The position numbers and the translations under genes are program-made. 64,000 bases of DNA. Source: a virus. Shown here one piece after another: positions 36,663 through 45,509 of the stretch. The notes beneath the pieces were generated by a model that worked only from the letters and a program-made list of their open reading frames with translations, ran no database searches and had not been told where the DNA came from. The first letter of the stretch is position 1. Each line of letters begins with the position of its first letter. The DNA lies in IMG/VR virus record IMGVR_UViG_3300005747_000012, positions 65,268-129,267 of that record; one strand, given 5' to 3'.

Positions 36663-38410
36663 TCCAAACTCCACTTCCGGTGTCCGTAATCATATATTTT
36701 ATACAAAGCTCTTGAATGCCCCAGAAACTTTCTACTAAACACGCCTCCTTCTGCTTGTGCTTTTTCTGTAGGATATTTGTTTAGTATATCCGGGTCATTT
36801 ATTTTTCTACACTTAAATCGCCACAATCTTTTTTGGAAATCGGTATAATAATAGCTAGGCTCTGTTGTTTGAGTAATTTCTTTAAACCCTAATTTTTGAT
36901 AAGTATTTCCAAGGCTCAATCTGTTATTGCTGTATGTGATCAATTTTTTATTATATTCTTTTATAAAACACTTGATTATTTTACTAGCATTTCCATATAT
37001 TTTAAGGCCTGATTTAGTCGCAAACCGGGCTATTTCCCAGTAGTTTTTGTTATTGAAGGGAACCCTAAAAGACATACATGAAACAAGTTCATCCCCATCA
37101 AATAGGCCATATGCGAAACTTGCTTGTACATGGCCGTCTAGATGGTATTTATCAAAAAAAGATTTAAACCCTATATTCTTGTTAATTTTTTTTATTTCTA
37201 ACTTTGATGCCCTCATTTTTTTATCATAAATACCCAGTCTACTTTTGATCATAGATTTGACCAGTTCTTGTTTTAAAGGATCACTCCACTCATCTTCAAA
37301 TATAGCTAGTATATTTATGTTTTTTTGATTTATTTTACAAGCCTTTTCTATATTTATTTTTTTAGCATTTTTCTTTACTTTTTCACTGTGCCAATAAAGA
37401 CCGTCGAATTCTACTCCAAATTTAAACTCTGGAATATAAATATCAATCTCTAATGGATGAATAATATCTCTATTGTTAATTTCTATTTTTCCCTTATAAA
37501 TAGTTTTTATATACCCAACAATTTCTTGGTGTGCTTTTGAATAAGGTCTATAACAATGTTTGCATCTTTTTCCATGGTTGTAAAAATTACTAAACATAAT
37601 CATTGTTTTGTGGTCATTTGGACATATTACGCTTATTGGCTCATATTGGTTTTTGTATTGTTTTAAATCTGTTTTATAACCTTGTTCTTGAATATATTTT
37701 ACAACAAAATTTGTATCATGTCTTTTTTTGTGGCAATCACCTTGGCTACACCTAGCATTTTTATGTTTAAAATCATGATAGCTAACACTATACTCATGAC
37801 CGTTATCGCATATTGTTTGTATTTTTTGCTTGGTATTTTTATAGCTCTCTTTTTCGATATTAACCCTATATTTCTTAGACTCAAAAAAAGCCTTGATTTT
37901 TTCAAAAGAGATAGACTTACAGGCTAAACACCCTCTTCTTTTTTTGTTTTTAAACTCGTTAAACGAACACTTTTTTAAATGACCATCCTTGCAGGTCATC
38001 TCTAGTATAGTATTAGTGTTTTTATACTTGTCTTTTGTTGTTTTTAGTTTATACCCTTTTTTTTCTATAAACTCTTTGGCTTTTTCAAAACCAAGCGCAC
38101 TACTAGCATCTCTATTTTTACGAAAAGCTTTTTCTCCAACTTTTATGTCTTTAGCTTTTACATATCCCCTGCCTTTAATATATATTTTGTGATCAAGAGA
38201 ACACTCCAATATACCGTTAGATGTAGTAATTTTTATAATTTTTTTATGTTTATTTTTTTGCGTACAGATAACAGGTTTATATTCTTCATATTTTTTATTG
38301 TGATTATGGGACCAGAACAGAAAATCTTCACCATTTTTTAGTCTTTTATATATTGTACTAGCAGATAAATTACCTTTGTTAGTTTTTATACTTGTATTGC
38401 CTTTTACACA
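36656..38410 (-). mobile_element. split intein N-half (~100 aa) with in-frame zinc-ribbon/PD-(D/E)XK endonuclease
   Basis: Three C..[GD]H...C..C repeats, 'LEIDIYIP...VEFDGLYWH', 'IFEDEW', 'EIARFA', 'IYDYG'; no C-terminal HN in this frame. Confidence 0.85.
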
Positions 38411-38905
38411 GTTCATCCCGGCTACCGTAGCAACAACAATTCTTAAATAAATAGCATCACCTTTACTAGTGAGCCATTCAATTTTGGCTTTGCTATCAGA
38501 CAGCTTTCGCCAACCATTTGCTTCAAGATATGGCGATAGTTTTCTAAAAAACGAGTTAACGTATTGGATTGCTTTTTCTGATTGTGATTTAATCGCTGCA
38601 CCGTGAGCAACGGATATTTCAAAATGAAGCATACATAATACTTCAATAGCCGCAGCAGACAGAGTTTTATAGGAGTCACGGGAAGCAAGCATACAAACTT
38701 GTGGAACATCCCGACTATTACCCGTTTTCATCAACTCATAGATACGCCACATGGCATCAACCGGGCCATGTGTAGAACCGGGATATACGACACCCATTGG
38801 AAACTTAATATCTAAAAAGATATGCATCCAATTTCTAAGTTCCTCTGGCCCATTCAAAGGCTTTAAAACTAGTTCGTTTTTTAGCTTTTCTATTTCTTCT
38901 GACAT
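36656..38905 (-). CDS. terL: terminase large subunit N-terminal part + IntN + fused homing endonuclease
   Basis: 165 aa extein with Walker-A-like 'ASRDSYKT', then CVKGNT (block A), 'CSLDHKI' (block B), then ~480 aa of zinc-ribbon repeats and nuclease. Confidence 0.88.
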   Translation of the reverse strand: MSEEIEKLKNELVLKPLNGPEELRNWMHIFLDIKFPMGVVYPGSTHGPVDAMWRIYELMKTGNSRDVPQVCMLASRDSYKTLSAAAIEVLCMLHFEISVAHGAAIKSQSEKAIQYVNSFFRKLSPYLEANGWRKLSDSKAKIEWLTSKGDAIYLRIVVATVAGMNCVKGNTSIKTNKGNLSASTIYKRLKNGEDFLFWSHNHNKKYEEYKPVICTQKNKHKKIIKITTSNGILECSLDHKIYIKGRGYVKAKDIKVGEKAFRKNRDASSALGFEKAKEFIEKKGYKLKTTKDKYKNTNTILEMTCKDGHLKKCSFNEFKNKKRRGCLACKSISFEKIKAFFESKKYRVNIEKESYKNTKQKIQTICDNGHEYSVSYHDFKHKNARCSQGDCHKKRHDTNFVVKYIQEQGYKTDLKQYKNQYEPISVICPNDHKTMIMFSNFYNHGKRCKHCYRPYSKAHQEIVGYIKTIYKGKIEINNRDIIHPLEIDIYIPEFKFGVEFDGLYWHSEKVKKNAKKINIEKACKINQKNINILAIFEDEWSDPLKQELVKSMIKSRLGIYDKKMRASKLEIKKINKNIGFKSFFDKYHLDGHVQASFAYGLFDGDELVSCMSFRVPFNNKNYWEIARFATKSGLKIYGNASKIIKCFIKEYNKKLITYSNNRLSLGNTYQKLGFKEITQTTEPSYYYTDFQKRLWRFKCRKINDPDILNKYPTEKAQAEGGVFSRKFLGHSRALYKIYDYGHRKWSLEC

Positions 38906-40689
38906 TACGCTCTCAAATTAGCTTCATTAATAAATTCATCAGCATGATCAGTTGCCCTTCTAAAATCTTGTTCCTCTTTCCATGCCTGAAGTTCAAGCTG
39001 ACTATCTCTTGGGCTGGCAACAATACCACCAAGATTACCCATAACACTAGCAATAGATACGCTGTTTTCAAGTGCTTGCACTACTGCCATAGTAGCATCA
39101 AAAATTCCTAGTTTTTCAGGGTCGCCAAACTCCATGTTTTCAATATCATATACATATTTTTGATTTTGAAAATAATCAATGATAGTTTTTTCAATTTCTT
39201 CATTATTGTACCCAGCATTTTCAAGAAGTTTTCTTAGTGGTTCCATAAGACTTGGAATTAAGACCTGTTGAACAAGATTGTAGTCTCTATCATCTTCAGA
39301 GTAACTAGTTTCCAAAAACAATACTAAATTTGTTAATACTCTACAACCACCCGGCAACGCACCGTGAGCAATTGCACTTCTTACCGCACACACAGCGTCT
39401 TCACATCTATCATGTCTTTCTTTAAGCTCACCGTTAGATGCACCGTATATTTTAAGTTTGGCAATACCATTAGTTAGCTTACCAAGTCTTTCTTCAAGAT
39501 CAAGCTTTTCAGCAATACTTGCAGCATTTTTAAGTTGAGTTTCAAGCTCATCTGCTCTTTCTTCGATATCCAGTTCGCTTGGCTCACCAACTACAGTACT
39601 TCTAAATCTATAATACTCAAACGTATCCATTCCGTTACCAAGGTCGTCAATAGTAGCTTTAGCTACTTGATTAGTCATGTCAAATATTTTAGCTCCGGTA
39701 AAGGCAGATAGGTCGTATAAAAATTCTAATCTAGAGTTTTTAATATTAGTCATTGGCGTAGCCATTGGTACAACATTTAATGTTGTAGGATTACTAAAAT
39801 TAAACGCAAGATTTGTCAAAACATTTTCTGAAAAGCCGTGTGAAACAAGAACAAGATTGCTAAACTCAGAGTTTCCTTCATTTACAAACTTATGTCCAAG
39901 TTCTTCAATAATTGGCAGGAAAGAAACAAGATCGTTTACAATACCATCAAACAAAAGAAACAACGGTCTATCTAGTTTACAGCGTTGATTGGCCTTGTCG
40001 TTAATAAATGCTGTATGAAATTTGCCAATTGACTCTTCAAAGCCAATAGCAATTGGTAGTCCTTCAATAAGCTCTACTTCATAACCGCTTGGCCCTGAAA
40101 GTTCTTGAATAGTAACGTGAGAAGACTCTCCAAAACCTACTTTGTCAAAAGCTTCCATTACAGCGTCAGCCATTTCTTCATCACCATTAGCAGATACTTG
40201 AGCTACTTTTTTTAGCAAGCCTTGATTGTCTATACTAATTTCAATTGACTGATCTTTTACCTTGGGAATAAGTTGATTTTTAACAATTTTATTCATAACC
40301 CTAGTGGCACGCTGAGGTGACTCTTTGGGATTAGCCTCACAATATCTAAATAGAGACTTTACCATAGTGGCAGAGATAATTGTAGTCGCAGTTGTACCGT
40401 CACCAGCTTCGTTGGCGGTCCTTTTAGCAGCATCTCTAGTTTGTTCAATAATCAAGTGCTTATAAGGATCAGCACTACCTAAAGAACTGAAAATAGTAAC
40501 GCCATCCTTGGTATTCTTGTTTGGAATACCGGGATATTCGCTTTCAATAAGTGTTGTTTTACCACCCGGCCCATAGCTAGACCCTACAATTTCGGCAATT
40601 TCATCCATAGTTTGAGAGGTAATTTGTTTAAGCCTATTTGGGCTTGAGCAATACATTTTAGCTGGGGTTTTTACTTTTTTAACAGTCAT
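38905..40689 (-). CDS. groEL: GroEL-like chaperonin
   Basis: 'SYGPGG', 'TKDGVT', 'AGDGTTAT', 'SANGD', 'EDAVCA', 'LPGG'. Confidence 0.93.
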   Translation of the reverse strand: MTVKKVKTPAKMYCSSPNRLKQITSQTMDEIAEIVGSSYGPGGKTTLIESEYPGIPNKNTKDGVTIFSSLGSADPYKHLIIEQTRDAAKRTANEAGDGTTATTIISATMVKSLFRYCEANPKESPQRATRVMNKIVKNQLIPKVKDQSIEISIDNQGLLKKVAQVSANGDEEMADAVMEAFDKVGFGESSHVTIQELSGPSGYEVELIEGLPIAIGFEESIGKFHTAFINDKANQRCKLDRPLFLLFDGIVNDLVSFLPIIEELGHKFVNEGNSEFSNLVLVSHGFSENVLTNLAFNFSNPTTLNVVPMATPMTNIKNSRLEFLYDLSAFTGAKIFDMTNQVAKATIDDLGNGMDTFEYYRFRSTVVGEPSELDIEERADELETQLKNAASIAEKLDLEERLGKLTNGIAKLKIYGASNGELKERHDRCEDAVCAVRSAIAHGALPGGCRVLTNLVLFLETSYSEDDRDYNLVQQVLIPSLMEPLRKLLENAGYNNEEIEKTIIDYFQNQKYVYDIENMEFGDPEKLGIFDATMAVVQALENSVSIASVMGNLGGIVASPRDSQLELQAWKEEQDFRRATDHADEFINEANLRA

Positions 40690-40708
40690 TAAAGTCTCCT
40701 TTAACTAT

Positions 40709-40717
40709 ATAATATCA
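40709..40717 (-). promoter_or_regulatory. extended -10 promoter of groEL-terL
   Basis: TGATATTAT upstream of AGGAG RBS. Confidence 0.65.
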
Positions 40718-40724
40718 TAACTTT

Positions 40725-41516
40725 TTACAGCAATTTCCAATTTACATTTTTTTTAGCTTCTTGAATTAAATTTAATATTTTTTGATTTTTGATTTTTTTA
40801 GCTTCTTCTTCTATAGAAATTAAAGTTTTCATTTCTACATATATATTATTTTTAAGTTTAACCTCAATTTTTTCCTTTAACTTAAATGTTTTTTTATTGC
40901 TTTTTGATATATTATCAAAAGCGTATAAATATTGCAAATTGGTATAGTGATTTAACTTTAAAATTTCACCCATTGTTTTCGCTGAAGATATAGGCTTTAT
41001 GTGGTCTATATGTATTTTTTCAATTGCATCTTTAATATCTATATTGTAATTTTTTTTAAATGTTTTATTTAGGTAATTTTGTAAAAAGTCATAATTACAA
41101 CCTAATATATCAGACTCTATTTTATCCCATTTTAAATTTGATGGAAAACCTTTTCTATATAAACTTTGCTTAATAAGATTTATAATTCTTGATTTAAAAG
41201 AGTGTTTTTCATTCCATTTTTTTACACCTTTTCTATTTTTTTCTTTAACTTTTTCAGGGTTATTTTTGTGCCATCTTGCAGCATTTTCTTTCATTTTTTC
41301 TTTATTTTTTTCATAATATTTTTTATGATATGATTTTATTTTTTCTTTATTTTTTTTATGATATGATTTTATTTTTTCTTTATTTTTTTTAACCCATTTA
41401 TCTTGACCTTTTTTTCTACACTCTTTACACCAATATGAAAGGCCATCCTTTGATTTTTTTAATTTTGTAAAAAAAGATAAATCTTTTTTTTCTTTACACT
41501 TACTACACTCTTTCAT
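40725..41516 (-). CDS. HNH homing endonuclease
   Basis: N-terminal CSKC...CKEC, K-rich linker, 'HIDHIKP...HYTNLQ...N..K.NK'. Confidence 0.85.
   Translation of the reverse strand: MKECSKCKEKKDLSFFTKLKKSKDGLSYWCKECRKKGQDKWVKKNKEKIKSYHKKNKEKIKSYHKKYYEKNKEKMKENAARWHKNNPEKVKEKNRKGVKKWNEKHSFKSRIINLIKQSLYRKGFPSNLKWDKIESDILGCNYDFLQNYLNKTFKKNYNIDIKDAIEKIHIDHIKPISSAKTMGEILKLNHYTNLQYLYAFDNISKSNKKTFKLKEKIEVKLKNNIYVEMKTLISIEEEAKKIKNQKILNLIQEAKKNVNWKLL
41319..41390. repeat. 33 bp tandem duplication (KKNKEKIKSYH twice)
   Basis: Unit ttttttatgatatgattttattttttctttatt repeated. Confidence 0.85.
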
Positions 41517-41704
41517 TTTTCTAACTTGGCTTCCAGTTCCCTAAAATGCTTTTCGCAAAATGGAAGTTCTTCTAAATCTTCCATTACTGCTGTTTTATGA
41601 TAAGATAAAAACATAAAGATTTCTTCATGTACATCATTACACCCTCGTTTGGAACAGGTCATTTGTTCATCTTCTTCTATTTGTGCTTTGGTCCGTCTTC
41701 CCAT
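41513..41704 (-). CDS. small zinc-finger-like protein
   Basis: C....C ... C..H. Confidence 0.6.
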   Translation of the reverse strand: MGRRTKAQIEEDEQMTCSKRGCNDVHEEIFMFLSYHKTAVMEDLEELPFCEKHFRELEAKLEK

Positions 41705-42420
41705 ATAATCTCCACTGGTTTGTGACTGTAAATATATCTATCATCTAACGATGATGCGTTTACAAACATAGTATTTTTTTTATAAGAAACCCCATATTCT
41801 TCATGAATATGTCCAAAAACGTGCATCATTGGTTTAACTCTATTTTCAATGGTATCCATCAAATGTGGACATCCAACGTGCTCAACATCACCACTAATAC
41901 CATGCCAACGTGGAACTGTATCTCTAATTCCATATGGTGGGCCATGAGTAATTAAAATATCAGTATCATTAGGTATCATATCCCAATGTGGCTTAATTAA
42001 TGGATGTTTTTTAAACCCATGATATGGGTCGCCATTTGGTAAATGTTCAATATCTCTATTAAAAGCCCAATTACAGAAAGTTGGTTGTACTGGACTTCCC
42101 CAAATTTTAATTTCTTCTTTGGTCCACGGACATTTAATTGTAACACCAGAATCATTAAGATAAATTACACCATATTTACGGCACATTTCTTCAAATCTTT
42201 CAGGTTCTTTTTCAAAGCCCCAATCATGATTTCCGGCAATCATGATTTTCCAATTAAAATCAAGTGAACCATACCATTTCAAAAACGGCTTAATTTCACC
42301 AGATTGACCACGGCCAGTAGCGTCACCAGCATGAAGGATAATATCACCCTTTCCACAGTCAATTTCTTTATGACGATTGTGTGTGTCTGATATGCAAACT
42401 ATTTTCATTTTTTTTTCCAT
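41677..42420 (-). CDS. metallophosphoesterase (MPPED/239FB-like)
   Basis: 'SDTH', 'HAGD', 'GNHD', 'THGPP', 'FGHIHE'. Confidence 0.9.
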   Translation of the reverse strand: MEKKMKIVCISDTHNRHKEIDCGKGDIILHAGDATGRGQSGEIKPFLKWYGSLDFNWKIMIAGNHDWGFEKEPERFEEMCRKYGVIYLNDSGVTIKCPWTKEEIKIWGSPVQPTFCNWAFNRDIEHLPNGDPYHGFKKHPLIKPHWDMIPNDTDILITHGPPYGIRDTVPRWHGISGDVEHVGCPHLMDTIENRVKPMMHVFGHIHEEYGVSYKKNTMFVNASSLDDRYIYSHKPVEIIWEDGPKHK

Positions 42421-44411
42421 TATCCCATCAGTCCTACTTGTTTCTTTTTAGCTTTTTCAAATGCCCTTTCAATTCTTGCTTTATGCTCTTTCATTTCAGT
42501 AATAACTTCAGCAAATGTTTTATCATGCAGTTCGGCTCTAATCACAATCTCAGAAATATGAGCGATACTTAGGCCATCAGCATCTTTACTTTTAAGTGCC
42601 ATTGCTTCGTCACCAGACAACTCTCTTTTAGCAATATAAGTACCAAGCTTAAATCTTTCTTCGGCATTTGGCCCTTCAAGCTCAAACATTTGGTCAAAAC
42701 GTCCGGGTCTATCAGCTAATGATTTTAATAGGTTTTCTGGTGTATTGGTTGTTGCAATAATAAAAGTTGGTAGCCTAAAACTTACCGATGCACCATCAAG
42801 AAGCTCTAACAAGCTGGCATCCGCTCCTTTTGGGCCGTGATAACCTTCGGTATTTCCACCGCCAATATCTTCCATTACAAACAACATTCTTGTGCAATCT
42901 TTTGAAAATTTTGAACCAGTTGAAAGAAACTTAGAAACTGTACTACTTCGTATATCAGATGTATCCCAAAATAGAACAACTGTTCCCTTGTCTTCTTCGG
43001 TAAATTCTTGGCTAATTTTAGCAATTGTTGAGCTGTTATGGGTTACAACAAAATTATCTAGCACAAATAAATTATCTGAATCAACTGTAAACCCATTGTA
43101 ATCACCAAACCCTATTGGCTCTATTTTTATAGCGTTTACAAGAGCATCTTTTATTTGCTTCCTTGGCTCGGCTTTTTTTCTTTTCAATAAAACTGGTATT
43201 TTATCTATATCCCCAAAAATTCTTACTCTTTTATATGTTGATTCGTCAATTTTTTTATCCGTAACTGTGCAAGCTAAACCAAGTGATCTTGCTACAAAAA
43301 CAATATCATTTGCAAGCGTTTCATTTTTTTGTACTATTTCATAAGTATTGGATGTTAAATAGCCGTCAGAATCAATTAACCCTGCCAATATTTTAAGTCT
43401 ATTTTCTTGAGAAGATGTTTTATATTCTTGTGGTATTTTTTTGTTATTAATTACACCTAATTCTTGAAAAAAATTTAACAAAATATTTCTATCTTTTTTG
43501 CCGTGTTTTTTACCGCTAGACAAATTGTAAGTAGAGGCTTTGTTTAATGGTTTTGTCCATTTGTTAGTTTTTAAACCAAATTTTTCCCCATAATCAGACC
43601 ATTTTTTTGCCAATTCATCATCCATGGTTGTTAAAGATATAGAGTGGGAGCTTCCATCTCCAAGCCAAAGGCCTAAAATATAAGGGTCTACAATCAGCTC
43701 TTTATGATTATGCTTAAAATCTACAGCTTTTGTTTTATATCCTTTGTTTCTTATTTTAAAACTTTCAGATTTTTTTAAGTATTCTTTTACTGAAATATTT
43801 ACTATTTCTTTTGTATCTGTATTTTTTAAAGAAATTACATGGTTACTGTTGACCGTATAGCAATCTCCTTTTGTATTAACTACTCTATACATTTCATCCT
43901 TACCAGAATGTAACATTAAAACCTTGCGAGGTTTTGAATCTGGCCCCATTAACAAATCACCAACTTTTACATTTTTAGCTTTTTTAACTGAGCCATCGTA
44001 CATTAATACACCTTGATTTGGACCTAGACATTTACCCATGCCCGGTTGTGAGTAGAGTAAAATTGACCGTTTAGGGTCTTTATTGTATTTTTTGTAAATA
44101 TCTAATTTATCAAAGAAAAGTTTAGACTCTTTTTTAATAAGTTGAGTATTACTGGCCGACTCAAGAAGGTCATGGGTTTTAAGTTCAAATTTTTTAGTTC
44201 TTAAACCAACTGAAGTATTTACCAAAGTCCAAATACCCGGTTTAATAGTAAATTTTTCTTTATCTTGCTCTTCTTCAGCATATTCAAATTGAACAATATG
44301 AGTTTCTGTTTGAATACAAAGGTCAGACTCAGGAAGTTCTTTGACAGTACCGTCATTTAGGTCTTCAAGCTTCGTTCTTTGTAATAATTTAAACTTTCCT
44401 TCTTCTGACAT
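42420..44411 (-). CDS. AAA+ ATPase, intein-containing
   Basis: Walker A 'QPGMGK|S', Walker B 'FVMED', 'ATTN', SRH 'DRPGRFD'. Confidence 0.92.
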   Translation of the reverse strand: MSEEGKFKLLQRTKLEDLNDGTVKELPESDLCIQTETHIVQFEYAEEEQDKEKFTIKPGIWTLVNTSVGLRTKKFELKTHDLLESASNTQLIKKESKLFFDKLDIYKKYNKDPKRSILLYSQPGMGKCLGPNQGVLMYDGSVKKAKNVKVGDLLMGPDSKPRKVLMLHSGKDEMYRVVNTKGDCYTVNSNHVISLKNTDTKEIVNISVKEYLKKSESFKIRNKGYKTKAVDFKHNHKELIVDPYILGLWLGDGSSHSISLTTMDDELAKKWSDYGEKFGLKTNKWTKPLNKASTYNLSSGKKHGKKDRNILLNFFQELGVINNKKIPQEYKTSSQENRLKILAGLIDSDGYLTSNTYEIVQKNETLANDIVFVARSLGLACTVTDKKIDESTYKRVRIFGDIDKIPVLLKRKKAEPRKQIKDALVNAIKIEPIGFGDYNGFTVDSDNLFVLDNFVVTHNSSTIAKISQEFTEEDKGTVVLFWDTSDIRSSTVSKFLSTGSKFSKDCTRMLFVMEDIGGGNTEGYHGPKGADASLLELLDGASVSFRLPTFIIATTNTPENLLKSLADRPGRFDQMFELEGPNAEERFKLGTYIAKRELSGDEAMALKSKDADGLSIAHISEIVIRAELHDKTFAEVITEMKEHKARIERAFEKAKKKQVGLMG
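43035..44030 (-). mobile_element. intein (332 aa) with LAGLIDADG endonuclease in AAA+ Walker A
   Basis: Starts CLGPNQGVLMYDGS, 'LGLWLGDG', 'LAGLIDSDG', ends VTHN followed by Ser. Confidence 0.95.
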
Positions 44412-44420
44412 TAATTTCTC

Positions 44421-44651
44421 CTAATATTCTTCAAATTTGTATTTTCTTTTATGTATGCCTTTTCTTTTAGAAAACATCTTTTTATCACAATATTCTCCGT
44501 CAATTTCGGCATTTTTCCAAGAAAAAGACTGTCTTTCTTTAGAAATTCTAAAAGATTGCTCACCCTCAAATTCAAAGTCAGCATCTTCGCCAAAGGCATA
44601 GTAAACCTCGACATCTTCTCTTTTTTCTTGTTTTTTAAGATAGCTTGCCAT
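44421..44651 (-). CDS. hypothetical protein
   Basis: GGGG RBS, ATG right after the upstream stop. Confidence 0.5.
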   Translation of the reverse strand: MASYLKKQEKREDVEVYYAFGEDADFEFEGEQSFRISKERQSFSWKNAEIDGEYCDKKMFSKRKGIHKRKYKFEEY

Positions 44652-44652
44652 A

Positions 44653-45261
44653 TTAGCCCCATAGGTTGTTAGTTTTTTTCTTCACCACTTTCTTCTCTAC
44701 TTTAACAGGCCTTTCTTCTTTTGTCAATTCTTTAGCTCTCCAAACATCAGGACCATCACTTACATCACATTCTTTGTTAGGGCAAAACGGCCCAATTCCG
44801 GGTGCATTTTGCAACATTGAAGGGCAGTCAGGATTTGGACATTCTTCTGGTTCATACTTTGTTTCGGGTTCTTTTATGTAGCTTTCACCTTTTTCTTCAA
44901 TTGGCCCCATTGGAGCGTTTAACCATTCTTTGTCTTCTTCTGTAAGCTCTACCGGTCCAATATCTTCCCAATTTGGCTTTTGTTCATTTATCTTCCTTCT
45001 TTCTTTTTTGGGTAATTTATTACTCATTATAGACCTAATTTCATCCATTTGAGCATCGTACTCATCAATACGAAGGCGACATAGCTCCTGCTCATAAAAC
45101 AGCTCTACAAGTCTAATTTCAAGCTCTGTGGGCGGTTTATCACCCCTATCTGCCAGATATTCTTTAGTGCAAGGCACTGATTTTGCCCAGTTTTGCTTAT
45201 CTGAACCTATGGTGAATTTTGAATTTGCTGGTTTGTTTGTGAATATACAGTTTCTTTTCAT
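44653..45261 (-). CDS. hypothetical protein with Cys clusters (likely leaderless)
   Basis: CPNPDC...CPNKEC; -10 box 6 nt before ATG. Confidence 0.65.
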   Translation of the reverse strand: MKRNCIFTNKPANSKFTIGSDKQNWAKSVPCTKEYLADRGDKPPTELEIRLVELFYEQELCRLRIDEYDAQMDEIRSIMSNKLPKKERRKINEQKPNWEDIGPVELTEEDKEWLNAPMGPIEEKGESYIKEPETKYEPEECPNPDCPSMLQNAPGIGPFCPNKECDVSDGPDVWRAKELTKEERPVKVEKKVVKKKTNNLWG

Positions 45262-45267
45262 GTGTAC

Positions 45268-45276
45268 ATAATATCA
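45268..45276 (-). promoter_or_regulatory. extended -10 promoter (TGATATTAT)
   Basis: Recurring motif; leaderless geometry. Confidence 0.65.
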
Positions 45277-45296
45277 TATGTGTAAAAAAAAACAAG

Positions 45297-45452
45297 TTAA
45301 AGTTCCCACTTTCTATGTCCATAATCATATATTTTATATAAAGGCCTAGAATGCCCCAAGAATTTTTCGCTAAATACACCGCCTTCTGCTTGCGCTTTTT
45401 CCGTTGGATATTTTACAATCACTTCCGGGCTATTTATTCTGCGACATTTAAA
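45297..45452 (-). pseudogene. 3' remnant of a homing endonuclease paralogous to the terL-fused one
   Basis: FKCRRINSPEVIVKYPTEKAQAEGGVFSEKFLGHSRPLYKIYDYGHRKWEL*; 41/49 aa identical to the C-terminus of ORF 36656-38905. Confidence 0.85.
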
Positions 45453-45454
45453 AC

Positions 45455-45485
45455 AAAAAAAGGGAACAAAAAGTTCCCTTTTTTT
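45455..45485. terminator. bidirectional Rho-independent terminator after the tail tube gene
   Basis: A7-GGGAAC-loop-GTTCCC-T7. Confidence 0.85.
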
Positions 45486-45509
45486 AAAAAAATATGTAAA
45501 GTATTGAAA

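Noticed and set aside
36650-36680. Programmed frameshift or group I intron joining the terL frames
   Set aside because: No slippery heptamer or structured non-coding flank; a GGAG RBS, ATG and stop overlap explain independent IntC translation. Not formally excluded
44411-44662. Alternative 83 aa frame overlapping 44421-44651
   Set aside because: Starts inside the upstream gene without an RBS; the 76 aa frame has better coupling
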